Of a stretch of DNA of 64,000 nt, positions 13,901 to 26,571 are shown one piece after another; position 1 is the stretch's first letter; every line of letters begins with the position of its first letter. Source of the stretch: Nageia nagi (lineage: Eukaryota > Plantae > Pinophyta). The notes beneath the pieces were generated by a model. It was not told the DNA's origin. It was given only the letters and a program-made list of their open reading frames with translations, and did no database searches. A program made the position numbers and the translations under genes. Location: contig JBITNC010000001.1 in the NCBI GenBank assembly GCA_050084985.1, forward strand, positions 60,822,001-60,886,000, written 5' to 3'.

Positions 13901-15400
13901 AAAAATACACTTTCAACCTTTAGAAACTTGGGCATTAAATATTTGGAGCATATGAGTATATTTCATCATCCCTTGATGAATGCATTTAGTTCAGTCATAG
14001 AATAACATTATAAAAAGTTATATAGATTGGCATTTATGGGAGAGATTGCACTTGATGGGGTTTTTTGTTTCCTTCCTTACTTGCTAAAGGTGCAAGGACT
14101 AGTGAAATTTATGTTTGGATTTGAGAATAAGGATAATACACCTATTGTACATTCTATTTTTAGTCCTTATTTTATGGATGCACATGTCACCACCATTATT
14201 GACTTGGCCAAATCTATGCATGGTATAACTAAGGGACTTGTTAAAGGAGCTTGCTCAAATATTTTTCTCATTATTGTTTTGAAAAATCAAACCTAATAAA
14301 CTTATGGTTTAGTTACTTTTTTCCATTCATCACCTTTGGCAATTAAATCTAGTCCTTACATAATACAACCATTCGAGAAAGGGTAGGATACAATTTGTAC
14401 ACTTTTGGATAGATAGGATAAACCTTTTTTGGTTGTTGTTTTGAAAAAATTAGCTTTTTTCCATTTTTAGTTTGAGTTGGGAAACAAAGGAACAAGATGA
14501 TTCTCTCTCATTTTTGAGAACATATGATAGGTTAAAGATACATATAGATAACCTTGATGAAGACTTATTACAACAATATATAGGCTTTGCATCTTTCTCG
14601 AGAAAAATTCCAAGCTTGAGATATTTTAAAGGTAGCCACAACACATTTCACTTAGGACAATATTCAACCCTTGTATAATTTTTGAGCTTAATTCTTTGGC
14701 ATTATGATCATGGAGCACATTTTCCATTGATGAGAACAATGATAAATTTGATCATCCATTTAGCATGTATATTTACATTTTTGAAAACTTAGATGATGAA
14801 TGATTTAGTAGTATGTATGGAAGTTATATTTATACCTTTAATAAAAGATTTAGAGGCTACCATTAACATATAATGGGAACATTAGATGATTATTTATTGA
14901 TAAGTATAAGGCACACAAGAAGGTTGTTGTTATGATTTTTTTTGTGATTATAGATAGATGCATATTGTTACATTTTTTAGGACTGTTATCTATATAGTGA
15001 GAGCTGCATATATTGATATATTGGTGGTTGTTGAGACTATGTGCTTAATTAGTATTTGGAAAATGGTAATTATTTTTGGAACATTTTATTATATTTTGAA
15101 GGCCATGAATTACACATTATAGGGCTGCATTGGATGGGGGATTAGTTTTCATTTATGAAAGGATTGTTAACAAAAGGAGAAGGGAAGAGATGATGTACAC
15201 AATTCATGCAAAGCTAGAGTTTTTTTTTATTATAATTTCCTTCCCACTCTCTTTTTTGGTGATTAATTCATTACCATTTATAGTTTTATCATACTCTTGC
15301 ATAATACAATTATTAGAAATAGTAGAGAACTAAGTATACATACCTTTGGAGATATTGAACAAGCATATATCACTATTGAATATGATAAATTAGAACTGCT
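10962..15400 (+). mobile_element. Highly decayed Ty3/gypsy element: 5' LTR 10962-12134, PBS, and remnants of gag-pol
   Basis: LTR-like TGTCATGA...ATATTACA followed by ggtatcagagcc. Downstream are weak protease-like (LRGMDHI) and RT/RH-junction-like (LQQYIGFASFSRKIP) fragments. Confidence 0.55.
12137..12148 (+). other. Primer binding site (tRNA-iMet type)
   Basis: ggtatcagagcc begins 3 nt after the LTR-terminal CA; the canonical form is TGGTATCAGAGC. Confidence 0.8.
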
Positions 15401-15463
15401 AGGCATCACTTTTGATTTAGCCTATGAGAGATTGAGCCCATTTCCACTCATTTTTTGCACAAT

Positions 15464-15975
15464 TGTGAAAGGATTGAAATAAACACTAACAATCCTAAAC
15501 AACCAAGATCTCTCGAAAGCTCATAAACACACCTAACAAACTCACAAAGAAATCTCACAACATGACACAAGATGTAAGTGGTTCCTCCAACTAGGAGTAC
15601 ATTCACTAACTAGACCTCATTTCATTCATAATATGCTCCTAATATTTTCTCCTAAACACTATCCTTTAGCATGACTTTACTCAAAAAATTAGTTTGTAAT
15701 CACAAAGAGGGAGCCTTCTATTTATAGGCTAAAATCCCTCTCTGATCACCCTTTTATCTAATGTACAAAAGCATGACATGCACATCCTTTTACCCAAGGG
15801 GCATGCTCATGACAAGGGAGTGTAGGACAAGTTACATTATCATATTCACTTAAATACTTAAGGTATCAAATGATATCCTTAAGTATTAGTGAACTTACAT
15901 AGAATATTTAATACAAACCTTTACAATAATGTATTATACATTCCAACACTCCCCCTTAATGCAATATTGGGATAG
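15464..15975 (-). mobile_element. Copia 3' LTR plus PPT, same family as the 31466-37341 element, opposite orientation
   Basis: The reverse complement starts TGTTGGAATGTATAAT at 15948 and aligns with the LTRs at 31466 and 36785. It is preceded by the PPT ctatcccaatattgcattaagggggag, matching ~36758-36784. The left boundary is approximate. Confidence 0.85.
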
Positions 15976-16002
15976 AGGTGGTGATGTGGGAAAATATCAT
16001 AG

Positions 16003-16210
16003 CTTGGTGTTGGAAGAGTCATATAAGAATGGATTCCTTGTGCAAGACTTAAACACAATTGGAAGAAAAGATCAAAACTTGGTGTTGGAATAGTATTATA
16101 AGAATGGATTCCTTGTGCAAGACTTAAGCACAATTAGAAGAAAAGATCAAAACTTGGTGTTGGAATAGTCTTATAACAATGGATTCCTTGTACAAGACTT
16201 ACACACAATT
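16003..16210. repeat. 75-bp tandem repeat, ~2.8 copies, adjoining the copia PPT
   Basis: Unit cttggtgttggaa...ggattccttgtgcaagactta...gaaaagatcaaaa starts at 16003, 16078 and 16153. Confidence 0.92.
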
Positions 16211-19200
16211 GCATTCCAAGAGTTGTTGTGATATTTGTGCATTTATTAAAATTATTGCAAACCATGATACTCTATTTGCTACATGCATATTTTGAAATAA
16301 TTCTTAAGCCTTGTCTAGTCTCCCACATTTTGCATGTATCTTTGTCAACAATGAAAACTCATTTTGTGAATATTTTGCAATCCATGATATTGTGTTTTGC
16401 ATCATGCATATTTTCAAACAATTATTAGGATTTGTGTATTCTTTCATATTTTTCATACATATTTATAAGGATATTCACAACCATGATATTTTATCATTAC
16501 AATCCATGAAACTATGTTTGCATTATGTATATTCTCAAACAATAATTGAGCCTTTTGTTTTCTTTTATATTTTGCATAAATGTTTATGAGGGCATTCACA
16601 ACTAGAACATTCTCAAACTTATTTGCATGCTATTTTTAAAGTATTTTTCTTCATCTAGATGTCTAAAATGGCCCTTAAAGTCAACCATACATGCATAGTA
16701 TCTCATTATAGATATAATACGATAATAATTATTCATGAATTTGAAGTGTTAATAGACCCGTTTCACTAGACCTTTAGGTACCCATGCAGATTATACACTA
16801 ACAAACTAGTTTGGAAAGAAATATTTGTAGTCTTATTATTATCTGCAAAGAATTAAAAGAAGTGTTTTAATTTGAATATTTTCTCTAGAAAATGATAAAA
16901 CAAAAGCATTTAGTTAATGGATACATTGCAAATATTTTGGAATAATATAACAATATGGTTGTAAGATGAAGTCTTTGGTAATTCTCTTTTATATAGTATT
17001 TGATGATTTGAAGAAATATTTTCAAAATGATTTTATTATATTATTCTCAAAGAATAATGATTTTAAAAAATAAAGTACTGCATAAATGTTTTGAATGTAG
17101 ATGATGTCATTACAAAAAGGATTATCCTAGATTGCAATGCAATTCCATAGCCATAGGAAAAAGATGTTTCAAGATCATAGAGAGAAATCAATTCCTTCAA
17201 TGTCAACATGTTAGAATGGAACAAACATTGGTATTAATTATATGTAGGGATAAAATTCTATGATTCAATGAAATTGAAGCTAGTTTGTTTATTTATTTAT
17301 TTTAAATTAGCACCAAATCAAATGGAGTACAAGCGATAACTCTAGTAGATTTTGAATGCACTCATAATTTTCTTTTCGAGGTATTTATTAAAAAAGCCTC
17401 AAATTACAACAAAGGAAGATCTATATGATTATGAGGTGGAATTCAAAGATGGAAAATATACTTACTATTGAAAAACATTTTCTTCTAATGTTCCTTTTTC
17501 AATTCATGTATATAATGACCATTAAGATTTTTAATTTTGATAATTAGTAGGTATGATGTTTTATTAAACTACTAATGGATCTATTAATATAATATTTTGC
17601 TATATTCAAGAGATAATATTATAATGTAAAAATATTCATTCGTAAAATATTGATATTTCAAATGATGGGTGAGATGAGAAGCATAAGCATGTGCAACCTG
17701 TAGGGTGATAGAGATGGGTGCCCTTGGTGAATAAGTGAGGATAATGTGGGCTCACAGTAAAAAAGGAATAAAATAAGGATACTCATAAGAATGAATTGTC
17801 TCCTACAAAGCCAAGTAACATGATTTAGGATGAATTTACAAATCAAAAAGGAAAAAACCTAGGAGGACTCTAGTAGGAAATAACAAAACCTAGTCTTCAT
17901 GCATGATAAAAATAAATCAGAGTGGTAGAGCTATAGATAGAGGTGTGAGCCCTTAGTGACTATAGTTGAAGTCTAATGATATACAATTGATGCCTTTGAG
18001 GTAGAAAGGCACTTGTGAAAACTTGTACAATAACCATTTTATAATGCATTATTCTCCATTCATGCTAGAAATAAAAGATTTAGAAATCAAAATGAAGATT
18101 GAAGAGCTAGAGACTAGAGTGATTATCTACAAAATGAGGGGAAGATGATTGAGCTAGGAATACCTAATGAATTTTGTAGATGAATTTTGGGACTATAATC
18201 TTAATATTTCTCTTCCTTATGATTTTTTATGGTTATATTTGAAGATCCTAAGGAGAGGAATCAAGCTTTGTATCGAAAATAATCCTTTTTTTTAGCAATA
18301 GGGATTGTATGTATATGATAATGGTCTTTAGACTTCAACCCCCTATCTGAACATATCATTGCATTTCCTATTATAATAAATTTATATGCCTTTCAATTGA
18401 GTACCAGAGCCAAAAATCCATGATAAAAAATTGGGAATACTATAAGTATCTTCCAAGGATCGAATAAACATACCCTGAAAAATGTGAAGACAAAATAGGA
18501 CCTATGAAAGGTAAGATTCCATGTATGGATGAACACATCAAAGCCTTGTCCATAATCAATTTCTCTTACTTTGAGATGGTGAACATGGAACCAAAGCATT
18601 GAATATAAAAAATTCTCTTTGAGATGTTATGGTTATTAGAAAATAGGGAATTTGAGGAGGAACTATCCATAAAGAAAATACCAAAAGTCAATCTCAATGC
18701 ATCTTTAGAAGTGGATTTTCTTTGAATTACTTTGAAATGAAAATAATATGGATGGAGATTATTACAAGATGAATTAGCTAGACAAGAATGCCTCAAAAGT
18801 TTAGTTTTTAGAAAAGAAAAGGATGAATACCCCTTCTTGGGGATTATCTCAACAAAAAATATCAAGTTGTAAGCAAAACAAAAAGCTTTCCCATTGATAT
18901 ATATAACAATGGATACGTAGTGTCGTTATAGAATTAGGAGATAATATCAAGTGAAAAACCTTTATATGAGGATAATCCTATCATGAAAGAAGTAAAAGTT
19001 GAAAAGAAAAACTCAAAAGCATCTCCCTCTAGGTCTTTAGGTAAAGATAATGAAAGAGTCATCTAAATCTATGAAGTTTACCAAAAAATTGAGAGATAAC
19101 TATGAAGCTATAATAGAAGATGTTGAGTAAGAAATTCCTAGATATTATTTAAGAAGCCTAAAATGCAAAAATGTATTTTCATATTTAGCAATATATAAAG

Positions 19201-20230
19201 AGAAAAACCCATGAGCTATGATAGTCATAGAAGGATAATCTCCATAGTTTTGAGTATTTGTAATTATTTGTTCTATGAATCATATGATCCATGTATTGAA
19301 TATCTATATATTTTTATTTTTGTAAGTACAGGTTTTGGGGCCCTATTTTTTCAAAACCTATTAATTAAATTTACCCTTACCAAAAATAAAGAGATAATAT
19401 TATGATATTCCAAAAAGAAAAAAGAACTAAATTATTTTCAGTTAAGGATAACTTGAATATTCATTTAGATTAAATATTATAGCTTAAATGGCTAGAAAAC
19501 AAGTAACATCAATATTTTCCTACTTTAATAATAAAGATGAAGGTGGTTTATAAATACAGGAAAAATTGGAGACTCTTTTTCATGATACATTTTAGGTTTT
19601 CTTATATCCCAAAAGGATTACCTTCTTATAGGGATATGGACTATATATTTTAGTTAGAGCTTGAAACATGTTTAACATATAGGGTATCCTAGAGGTTGAA
19701 TATGGAAATGCATAGTAGCAATTTATAGCAAAATCATGATTTTTAATTTGCTATTTTTGGGCCCATTGGCCTAGGCCTTGGTAGCCTAATTTTGTTGTTT
19801 ATTTTTTTTTCTTGGTTGGCTAGCCAAAATTTTATATCTTCGATGCATATTTTATATAAATTAGCCAGGTATACCCCTATCAAATTCATACCTAATCACC
19901 TATATTTTCTAATTTTTTATTTTTAATTTTGCTCAAGCAAATCACCACCCAAAACTAAATCCTTCGAGGAAAAAAATGCAAATTTGAAGGACATTCAACT
20001 GCTCCTTAAGAAGCTTGAATGCTCCCTGAGATTTCCAATGCTCTCTTGAAATTATCTTCTCTCCATTCCAAATTCTTGACTTATCCATTATAGATGCTTG
20101 AATTCTCCTTGTATACACTTGATGTCTCCCTATATATGCTCAACTTCTCCATGTAGACACTCAATGTCTCCTTATAGATACTGAACTTCTCCACATAGAT
20201 GCTCAACTTCTTTTAGTAGATGCTTCAATG

Positions 20231-21291
20231 TTTAGCAATTTAGACCAAAATTGATATCTAATTGATGAAATAATTCATCATTGGATAAAATGTTATCAAG
20301 TACATGTGAAACGAGTGGTCACACAACCCCCTTTGGATCAAAATTGAGCTTTAGAAGATGCATGGACTGCATTGTCAAAGTAGATGCATGTATTTAGAGC
20401 AAGATGTTGAGCATCTTCTAGAACTCAATTTTGATCCAAATGGGGTTATTTGACCAATTGTTTCATATGTACTCAGTGTGATATATCCAATGGTGAAATT
20501 ATTTCATCATTTAGATATCATATTTGGTCTAAATTGCTAAAATTAAGTTTGAGCAACTTGTAACTTCAAGTATGTATTAAATTTATTTTTATTAATTTAG
20601 ACCAAATATGATCTCTAAATGATGAAATCACTTCACCATTGGATAGATATTGTCAAGTACATAAGAAATGAGTTGTAACATGACTCCCTTTGGATCAAAA
20701 TTGAGCTCTAGAAGATGTTCAACATCTTGCCTATGAAGCATGCATTTGCTTTGACAATGCAGATGCGTGTGTTCATAAGCAAGATGTCGAACATCTCTTA
20801 GATCTTGATTTTGATCCAAAGAGGGTCATGTTACCACTCATTTCTTATGTACTTGATGTGATCTATGCAATGGTGAAGTTATTTCATTATTTATATATCA
20901 TATTTGGTCTAAATTACTAAAATTAAGTTTGAACAACTTGTAACTTCAAGAATGTACCAAATCTATTTTTATTAATTTAGACCAAATATGATTTATATAT
21001 GATGAAATAACTTCACCATTGGATAGATCTCATCAACTACATGTGAAATGACTAGTCACATGACCCCCTTTGGATCAAAATTGAGCTCTAGAACACAATC
21101 AACATGTTGCCTTTAAAGACACACATCTACATTATCAAAGTAGATGTGTGTCTTTAGAGGCAAGATGTTGAGCATATTCTAGAGCTCAATTTTGATCTAA
21201 AGGGGGTCACATGATAACTTGTACTACTTGATGAGATCTATCTAATGGTGAATTTATTTCATCATTTAGAGATCATATTTGGTCTAAATTA
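20231..21291. repeat. Tandem array of three long foldback (hairpin) units, ~360-380-bp period
   Basis: Units 20231-20541, 20593-20916 and 20973-21291 each read aatttagaccaaa...ttggatcaaaattgag...loop...aattttgatccaaa...tttggtctaaatt. They are separated by near-identical ~55-bp spacers. Confidence 0.92.
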
Positions 21292-21599
21292 CTAAAATTA
21301 TGTTTGAGCAACCTATAACTTTAATAAGAAGTCATGCATCTTCAATAACAAGTTGAGTGTCTTTAGTCACAAGTCAAGCATGTTCATCTTCTCCTCTTAC
21401 AAATATGTTTTTTAAAAATATCACCATTTTTTACATCATAGTTCTTAAAAATTTAAAATATCACCATTACTTCTACAGCGGTTTGGGATTAAATTGCCAA
21501 GATTAAGAAATCAATTTGCTACTATTTTATTTATTTCAGTTTGCCAAAATCTCTTATGCATAACCCTAAGGTTGAGTAAGAGAGATGTTGAAGGGTTTT

Positions 21600-22950
21600 A
21601 CAAATCCCTCAAAATCTCCTTTTGGAGCATTTGATTTGTTAGTGAAATACACACATAGAATAACATGTATGCATGTTAATTACAAATCCTTCAATAAGGT
21701 AATACAAAAATATATGTTTATACTCCCTTGCATCGATGATCTATTTGATATCTAAAATGGGATCACTATCTTCTCAAAGATAGATCTAAGAAGTGGGTAT
21801 CACCAAGTCTACTAAAAAGGAAGAGGCATATCATTAAAAATGCTTTTCCAACTAGTCAAGTATACTATGAAATTTTGGTAATTCCTTTTTATCTTATGAA
21901 TGCTTATGTTATTTTTCTTAGAGTGGTGAATGTTATTTTCATACCTTGTCTTGGTAAGCTTGTAATTGTTATTCTAGATGATATCTTGATCTTTAATCAT
22001 GAGGGGTCACTTAGTATAAAGAATTCAAAACATGTATGAAAATGGGATTCTTAAAAAATCCCCTATTTTTTAAATTTACCACCTCCCCCTTAAATTTATT
22101 AAACCCCCTATTTCTAAAACATACCACCTCCCCCCTAAGCTACCAACCTCAACTAACCAACCCCCTCTTTTTAAAAAATACCCCTACCCCTATCCTTTTT
22201 TTTAAATATCCCTATGTCCTTCCCTTATAAAATACTTATCAATATGTTGATAGTTGAACTAGATATTAAAAATACCCCCTATATTTTTACATGTGGTGTT
22301 TACCATTTTCTAACATTGACCCCCTCATGTCTTTGACAAGATAAAATATGAGCTTATGCAATTTTTAGAGATGATTTTAAATTTATTGGGAGAAGATAAA
22401 TTTTGTATCATGCTATCAAAATATGATGTAGTTTCTTTAAAAAACAACATTATATAGTTGGGACATGTGTTTAAAAATGATGTTGCATTTGATCCTTGAA
22501 AAGTTTTGGAAAGGATACAACCTATGTCCATGATATAATAATATTCTTGGTTTTGTCTAATTTTCATAGAAAATATATATCACATTTTCTCAAATAGCTA
22601 CATTGCTTAGTGAATTATTAAAAGATACAAAACATTTTAGCAATTTCAATGTCAATAAGGTAACTTTGGTAAATCGAAGTAAAAATTGATAAAAGCTCTA
22701 GTTTTAACTTTTTTAAACACATCAAAGTACTTAACGATTTATACTAATACTAGTGGCATAGCTATTAGTGTTGTGTTAATTTAAGATGGAATTTTTTTTT
22801 AATATGATAGTTGTAAGATGAATGAAGCAAAGAAAAGCTATAAAGTTTTTGATCAACAACTATTAGCCATAATTATGCATTCAAAATATGGAAGTATTTC
22901 TTGAGGCATATTAATTCTAAGGTAGTAAGAATATAAACTTCTACTCTTAT
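21600..22950 (+). mobile_element. Decayed Ty3/gypsy RT-RNaseH, interrupted by a MITE
   Basis: CIDDLFDI*NGITIFSKIDLRSGYHQV (~21730-21810), GKLVIVILDDILIF (~21955-21995), LGHV...DP*KV, and IYTNTSGIAISVVLI...KMNEAKKSYKVFDQQLLAI (RNaseH). Confidence 0.85.
21998..22329 (+). mobile_element. MITE-like element with short TIRs, inserted right after the RT xLDD motif
   Basis: Termini catgaggggtca ... tgaccccctcatg, with internal (t)accacctccccc repeats. RT homology resumes afterwards. Confidence 0.7.
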
Positions 22951-23562
22951 TTTTACCTAAGGGATAACTCAACTTATAGTAATAAAAACTAGCAATAATT
23001 TTTGATAAATTTATACCATCAATGGTTTACGAAGTATTGAACAAAAATGTTATTTTTAGAATATACATAGTTAATGAAGTACATGGGGGGTTCAATATTA
23101 GGAAATGGTAAATACCATGTGAGTGCATATGAGGGGGCATTTTTAATTTCAAGTCAAACTATTGATATATTGGTAAGTATTTTATAAAGGGAGGGAGATA
23201 GAAGTGTTTAAAATTTATGCAAAATATTCTCTCAAGATATATTTGGTGGATTAACTTTATAGTTAATTAATGAACCCCTCCTTGTTATTTATGGTTTTGC
23301 ATTTTAACTTTGGGGAATTTTTAAATTTTAAATAGATTTTATTTAAATTTTATGTTAAAGGTCCCATACCATATAGTTTTTTATATATTTAATATATTCC
23401 CTTGCATTAGGTATATGTTAGGATTTTAAATTTTAAAATCCCACCTAGAATTGTAGGAATGAATTATGGGTTCAAATGTAAACTCTATTTTTTACATGTT
23501 TATTGATGGTAATTTTGTATATAAACCTATTTGTAGCTCCTTTCACAACACTTTCATGCAAT

Positions 23563-23600
23563 CCAACTGATGAGGTCTTAATGGTAGAAACTAGTTTTGG
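23563..23600 (+). ncRNA. Minimal type I hammerhead ribozyme motif, copy 1 (decayed)
   Basis: ccaa-CTGATGA-ggtcttaatggta-GAAA-c-ta-g-TT-ttgg: both core boxes are intact, stem I is ccaa/ttgg and stem III is the palindrome ACTAGT. The closing pair of stem II is mutated. Confidence 0.6.
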
Positions 23601-25008
23601 GCATGAAGTGTTGGAATTTTTTTGTAATTTTTCATTTTGTTAGTGGAAATTTCTTTCTCCATTTTGTTGTGAATTATTTTACCTCTTTCCTTATTTACTC
23701 TTCCAAGCTACAATTAATATCAATATAATTGTTAAACTATATTTTTTTCTCTTCACATTTTTCATTGAGAAATATAATTATTTTTTAAAGCTCCTAAGCC
23801 TCATATATCATTCTTTTATATTTGTTAGCATTCTAGCCTCATGGATTCCATTGGCATATCCTCTCTACTATTAGAAATAACTTTTATAGTCCCACATGGA
23901 TTATTTATTAGTGTCCACCCAATATTTTGTGATCTCCTTCACACATGGTAGCTCCACTTCCTATCTAGAAACCCCCTTTATTTTGATCACTTTGGTTTCC
24001 CTTTATGTATTTTTCCTCATGACACATAGCATGGCATTCCTCAAGGAACATGACATGGCCTCCTTTTTGCATGATCTTGGCCCCAAATTGCAAAAAATCA
24101 TTGGTTCTTTTCATTCCTCCTTCCATACTTGATGGTACCTTGTTTGTTCATTTTCTTCCTCTATCAACAAGCATGGTTTTTCTTTCAAATTAGAGGTATT
24201 TTATGTTTGCTATGGTGGCCTTCATAGAATATGGTGTGGTCCTCTTAGCACATGATGTCCCCCCTTTGGAAATCCCTATTGCACACTTCATGATGGTGCC
24301 TATTTTGGTGTCATCACCTTCCCTCTATGAGACCATAATTTTCTTGAAATCTCCACCTCTCTTGTATTTTGTAGCATTATTACAGTCTTCTATCACTGCA
24401 TTGACCTAATGAAGTAGGTATTGGTGGGTTTTTTTAACACCAACTTCTACCTTATTCACTCTCCACATATATTACACATTATAGTAGTGTTTAGTGGCTG
24501 ATTTATCACCCCCTCCTTCCCCATGCACATGGATGAGATTCTCTTCATAGATGTTTAGCATAGTGTTCATTCCCTCCACTATGTGAATAAAACCTTCACA
24601 CATGTTTTCCTCTCCGTTCTCCTCCATGTCTAAGCTTATTTTTTCTCCCATTAATGGATTTTAGGTATTTTTTTATATGGAAACTTGGATAGAGACTTGG
24701 TTTATTTTATATCAATTTTTGTAAGGACATATTTGGTAGATTAACTTTATAGTTAATTATTAGACCTATTTAAATTTTATATAGATTGTTTTTTTTTTAT
24801 ATTAAAGGTCCAATGCCATATTTTTTTCTAATATTTAATATATTCCTTTGTATTAGGTATATATTAAGATTTTAAATTTTAAAATCCCACTTACCATTGT
24901 AAGAATTAATTATGGCTTCACATGTAAACCTTATTTTTTATATTTTTATTGGTTGTGATTTCCTATTTATACCTAGTCATAGCTCCTTTCACAAAAACTT
25001 CTTGTAGT

Positions 25009-25047
25009 TCTATTGATGAGCCCTAAATGGTCAAAACTAGTTTTCGG
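25009..25047 (+). ncRNA. Hammerhead ribozyme motif, copy 2 (core mutated)
   Basis: tTGATGA-gccctaaatggtc-aAAA-ctag-TT-ttcgg. The core differs from consensus by C>T and by a CpG>CpA change; the stem II G..C closure is retained. Confidence 0.5.
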
Positions 25048-25509
25048 CATGAAGTGTTGGAGTTTTATGTAATTTTTCATTTTGTAAATGGAAATTTATT
25101 TCTCCATTTTCATTGTGAATTATTTTAGGTTTTTCCTTATTTACTCTTTAAAGCTATAAGTGATCTTAATATAATTTTTAAAAAAGGATTATAATTTATT
25201 ATATATAACAATTTACCATGAGGGTTTTAATAAATTAAAAGATAAGGTAGTGAATTTTAAAAATAAGGGATTTTTAAAGAATTCCATGAATGCATGTGTT
25301 TTGAAGGATTTATAGTAAGCAACCTCCCATACTCTCATGATGAAGTATTTTTAATTAATAATAGAATAATGTATTTATTTGTATTATAAACAAGTTATGC
25401 TTAGAAATTCAATATTCATGGTATTTCATAGATGTAATGCTTAAATAAATCTAAGTTATGCATTTAAAATACTTTCTCAATATATTTAAGATTTTGGAGT
25501 TGTTGATCT

Positions 25510-26230
25510 AAAAAATGCAATCCAACATGTTTATGAGGGGGTTGTCAAATTAGTTCATGATCATGAACCACATGTGCTTGGATGAATTAATTTTCAACTA
25601 GTTCAACTTTCGGTTATTTTATGTATAGGAAGGTGCCTAGCAAGCCTTTAAACATTTAAGTGATCATAATTGATAAAAAAAAACTATGATCCATTGAACA
25701 ACAAATATTTTGGGAACATTAAATATAAATATTCTTTAAAGAATTTTATCATTCACAATAGGCTTTTAGTTTGGAAATACAATATTCAAAATATCAATAT
25801 CTCTTGGATAGAAACATAAATGATATTTCCTACATATAGAGAGATGAATAAAATCTTGAGCCTCTAATGATTTGATTTTCTCTAGGATGGTCTTACTCAT
25901 GTATTTAACTAATAATGTTGCATATTATTCTTGTAATATATCCAATTTAAATGGGATTCATCTCTTATAGAAAATATGACATTACCCATTCATTGAAGCT
26001 CTTAAAATCAAGAATCATGAGGTTTGCTTCCCACAGATAGAGATGTACACTTATTGAAAGGCTCCTCATATATAAGGGAGATAATTTTGCTCTAGATTTC
26101 AATATCTAGTTTTATAAGGATAAGGCCTTATCCATTACAAAATGGAAAAAATGAAAAGAAAAGAGGAGAGTAACTAAAAGTAATACAAGGTTGAGAGTTA
26201 AATAAAGAAAGGGAAATGGTGTTTCTCAGG
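25510..26230 (-). repeat. Truncated copy of the unidentified coding repeat at 50450-53490
   Basis: Colinear with 52770-53490, e.g. tagttcatgatcatgaac, gcctttaaacatttaag, aaatattctttaaagaattt, attacccattcattgaagctctt. Confidence 0.85.
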
Positions 26231-26540
26231 GCCAACTTGGGATTTTGACAATTCTATCAAAACTTGGAGGAAGGATCCCTAGCTCATAGCCACTCCTTCA
26301 TGTTACTATACATTGTTAGGTGGCAAGAGAAAAAAGGCTAAAGTCATGAATATTTCATTTGTCATACTCTCAAAAATAGGGAACATACAAATGATGCAAC
26401 CATTTAAGCCATCCAAAGAGTACATGATAAAATAAAAGGAAAAAGGATGCCATACATAGTTTGATATGGAAAAATAGATATTTCATTACTAAGGAGAAAA
26501 TGTTGAGAAATTCAACCTCCTATGTTACATGAGTCTGAGC

Positions 26541-26571
<31 letters not shown>

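Larger units (their letters stand above)
23233..25180 (+). mobile_element. Retroelement with ~460-510-bp direct repeats (23233-23745 and 24723-25180) carrying hammerhead motifs; Penelope-like or retrozyme-like
   Basis: The repeats share atatttggt.gattaactttatagttaatt, aggattttaaattttaaaatcccac, agctcctttcacaa and ggcatgaagtgttgga. No TG..CA termini, PBS or PPT were seen. Confidence 0.65.
23082..25335 (-). mobile_element. Second, inverted copy of the same MITE family, split by a ~1.95-kb insertion
   Basis: 23082-23200 is the reverse complement of ~22210-22329, and ~25220-25335 is the reverse complement of ~21998-22110. Confidence 0.7.

Noticed and set aside
16003-16210. CRISPR-like array
   Set aside because: Whole 75-bp units repeat with no unique spacers; the context is a eukaryotic TE and there are no cas genes.
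17660-19400. Decayed coding-like region
   Set aside because: Probably retroelement-derived, but I could not identify any domain or boundary.
20231-21291. CRISPR or attC-like array of palindromes
   Set aside because: The repeats are ~320 bp and the spacers are near-identical; no associated enzymes.
25510-26230. LINE endonuclease assignment for the duplicated ORF
   Set aside because: No APE motifs (GDFN, SDH) were found in the frames I translated.
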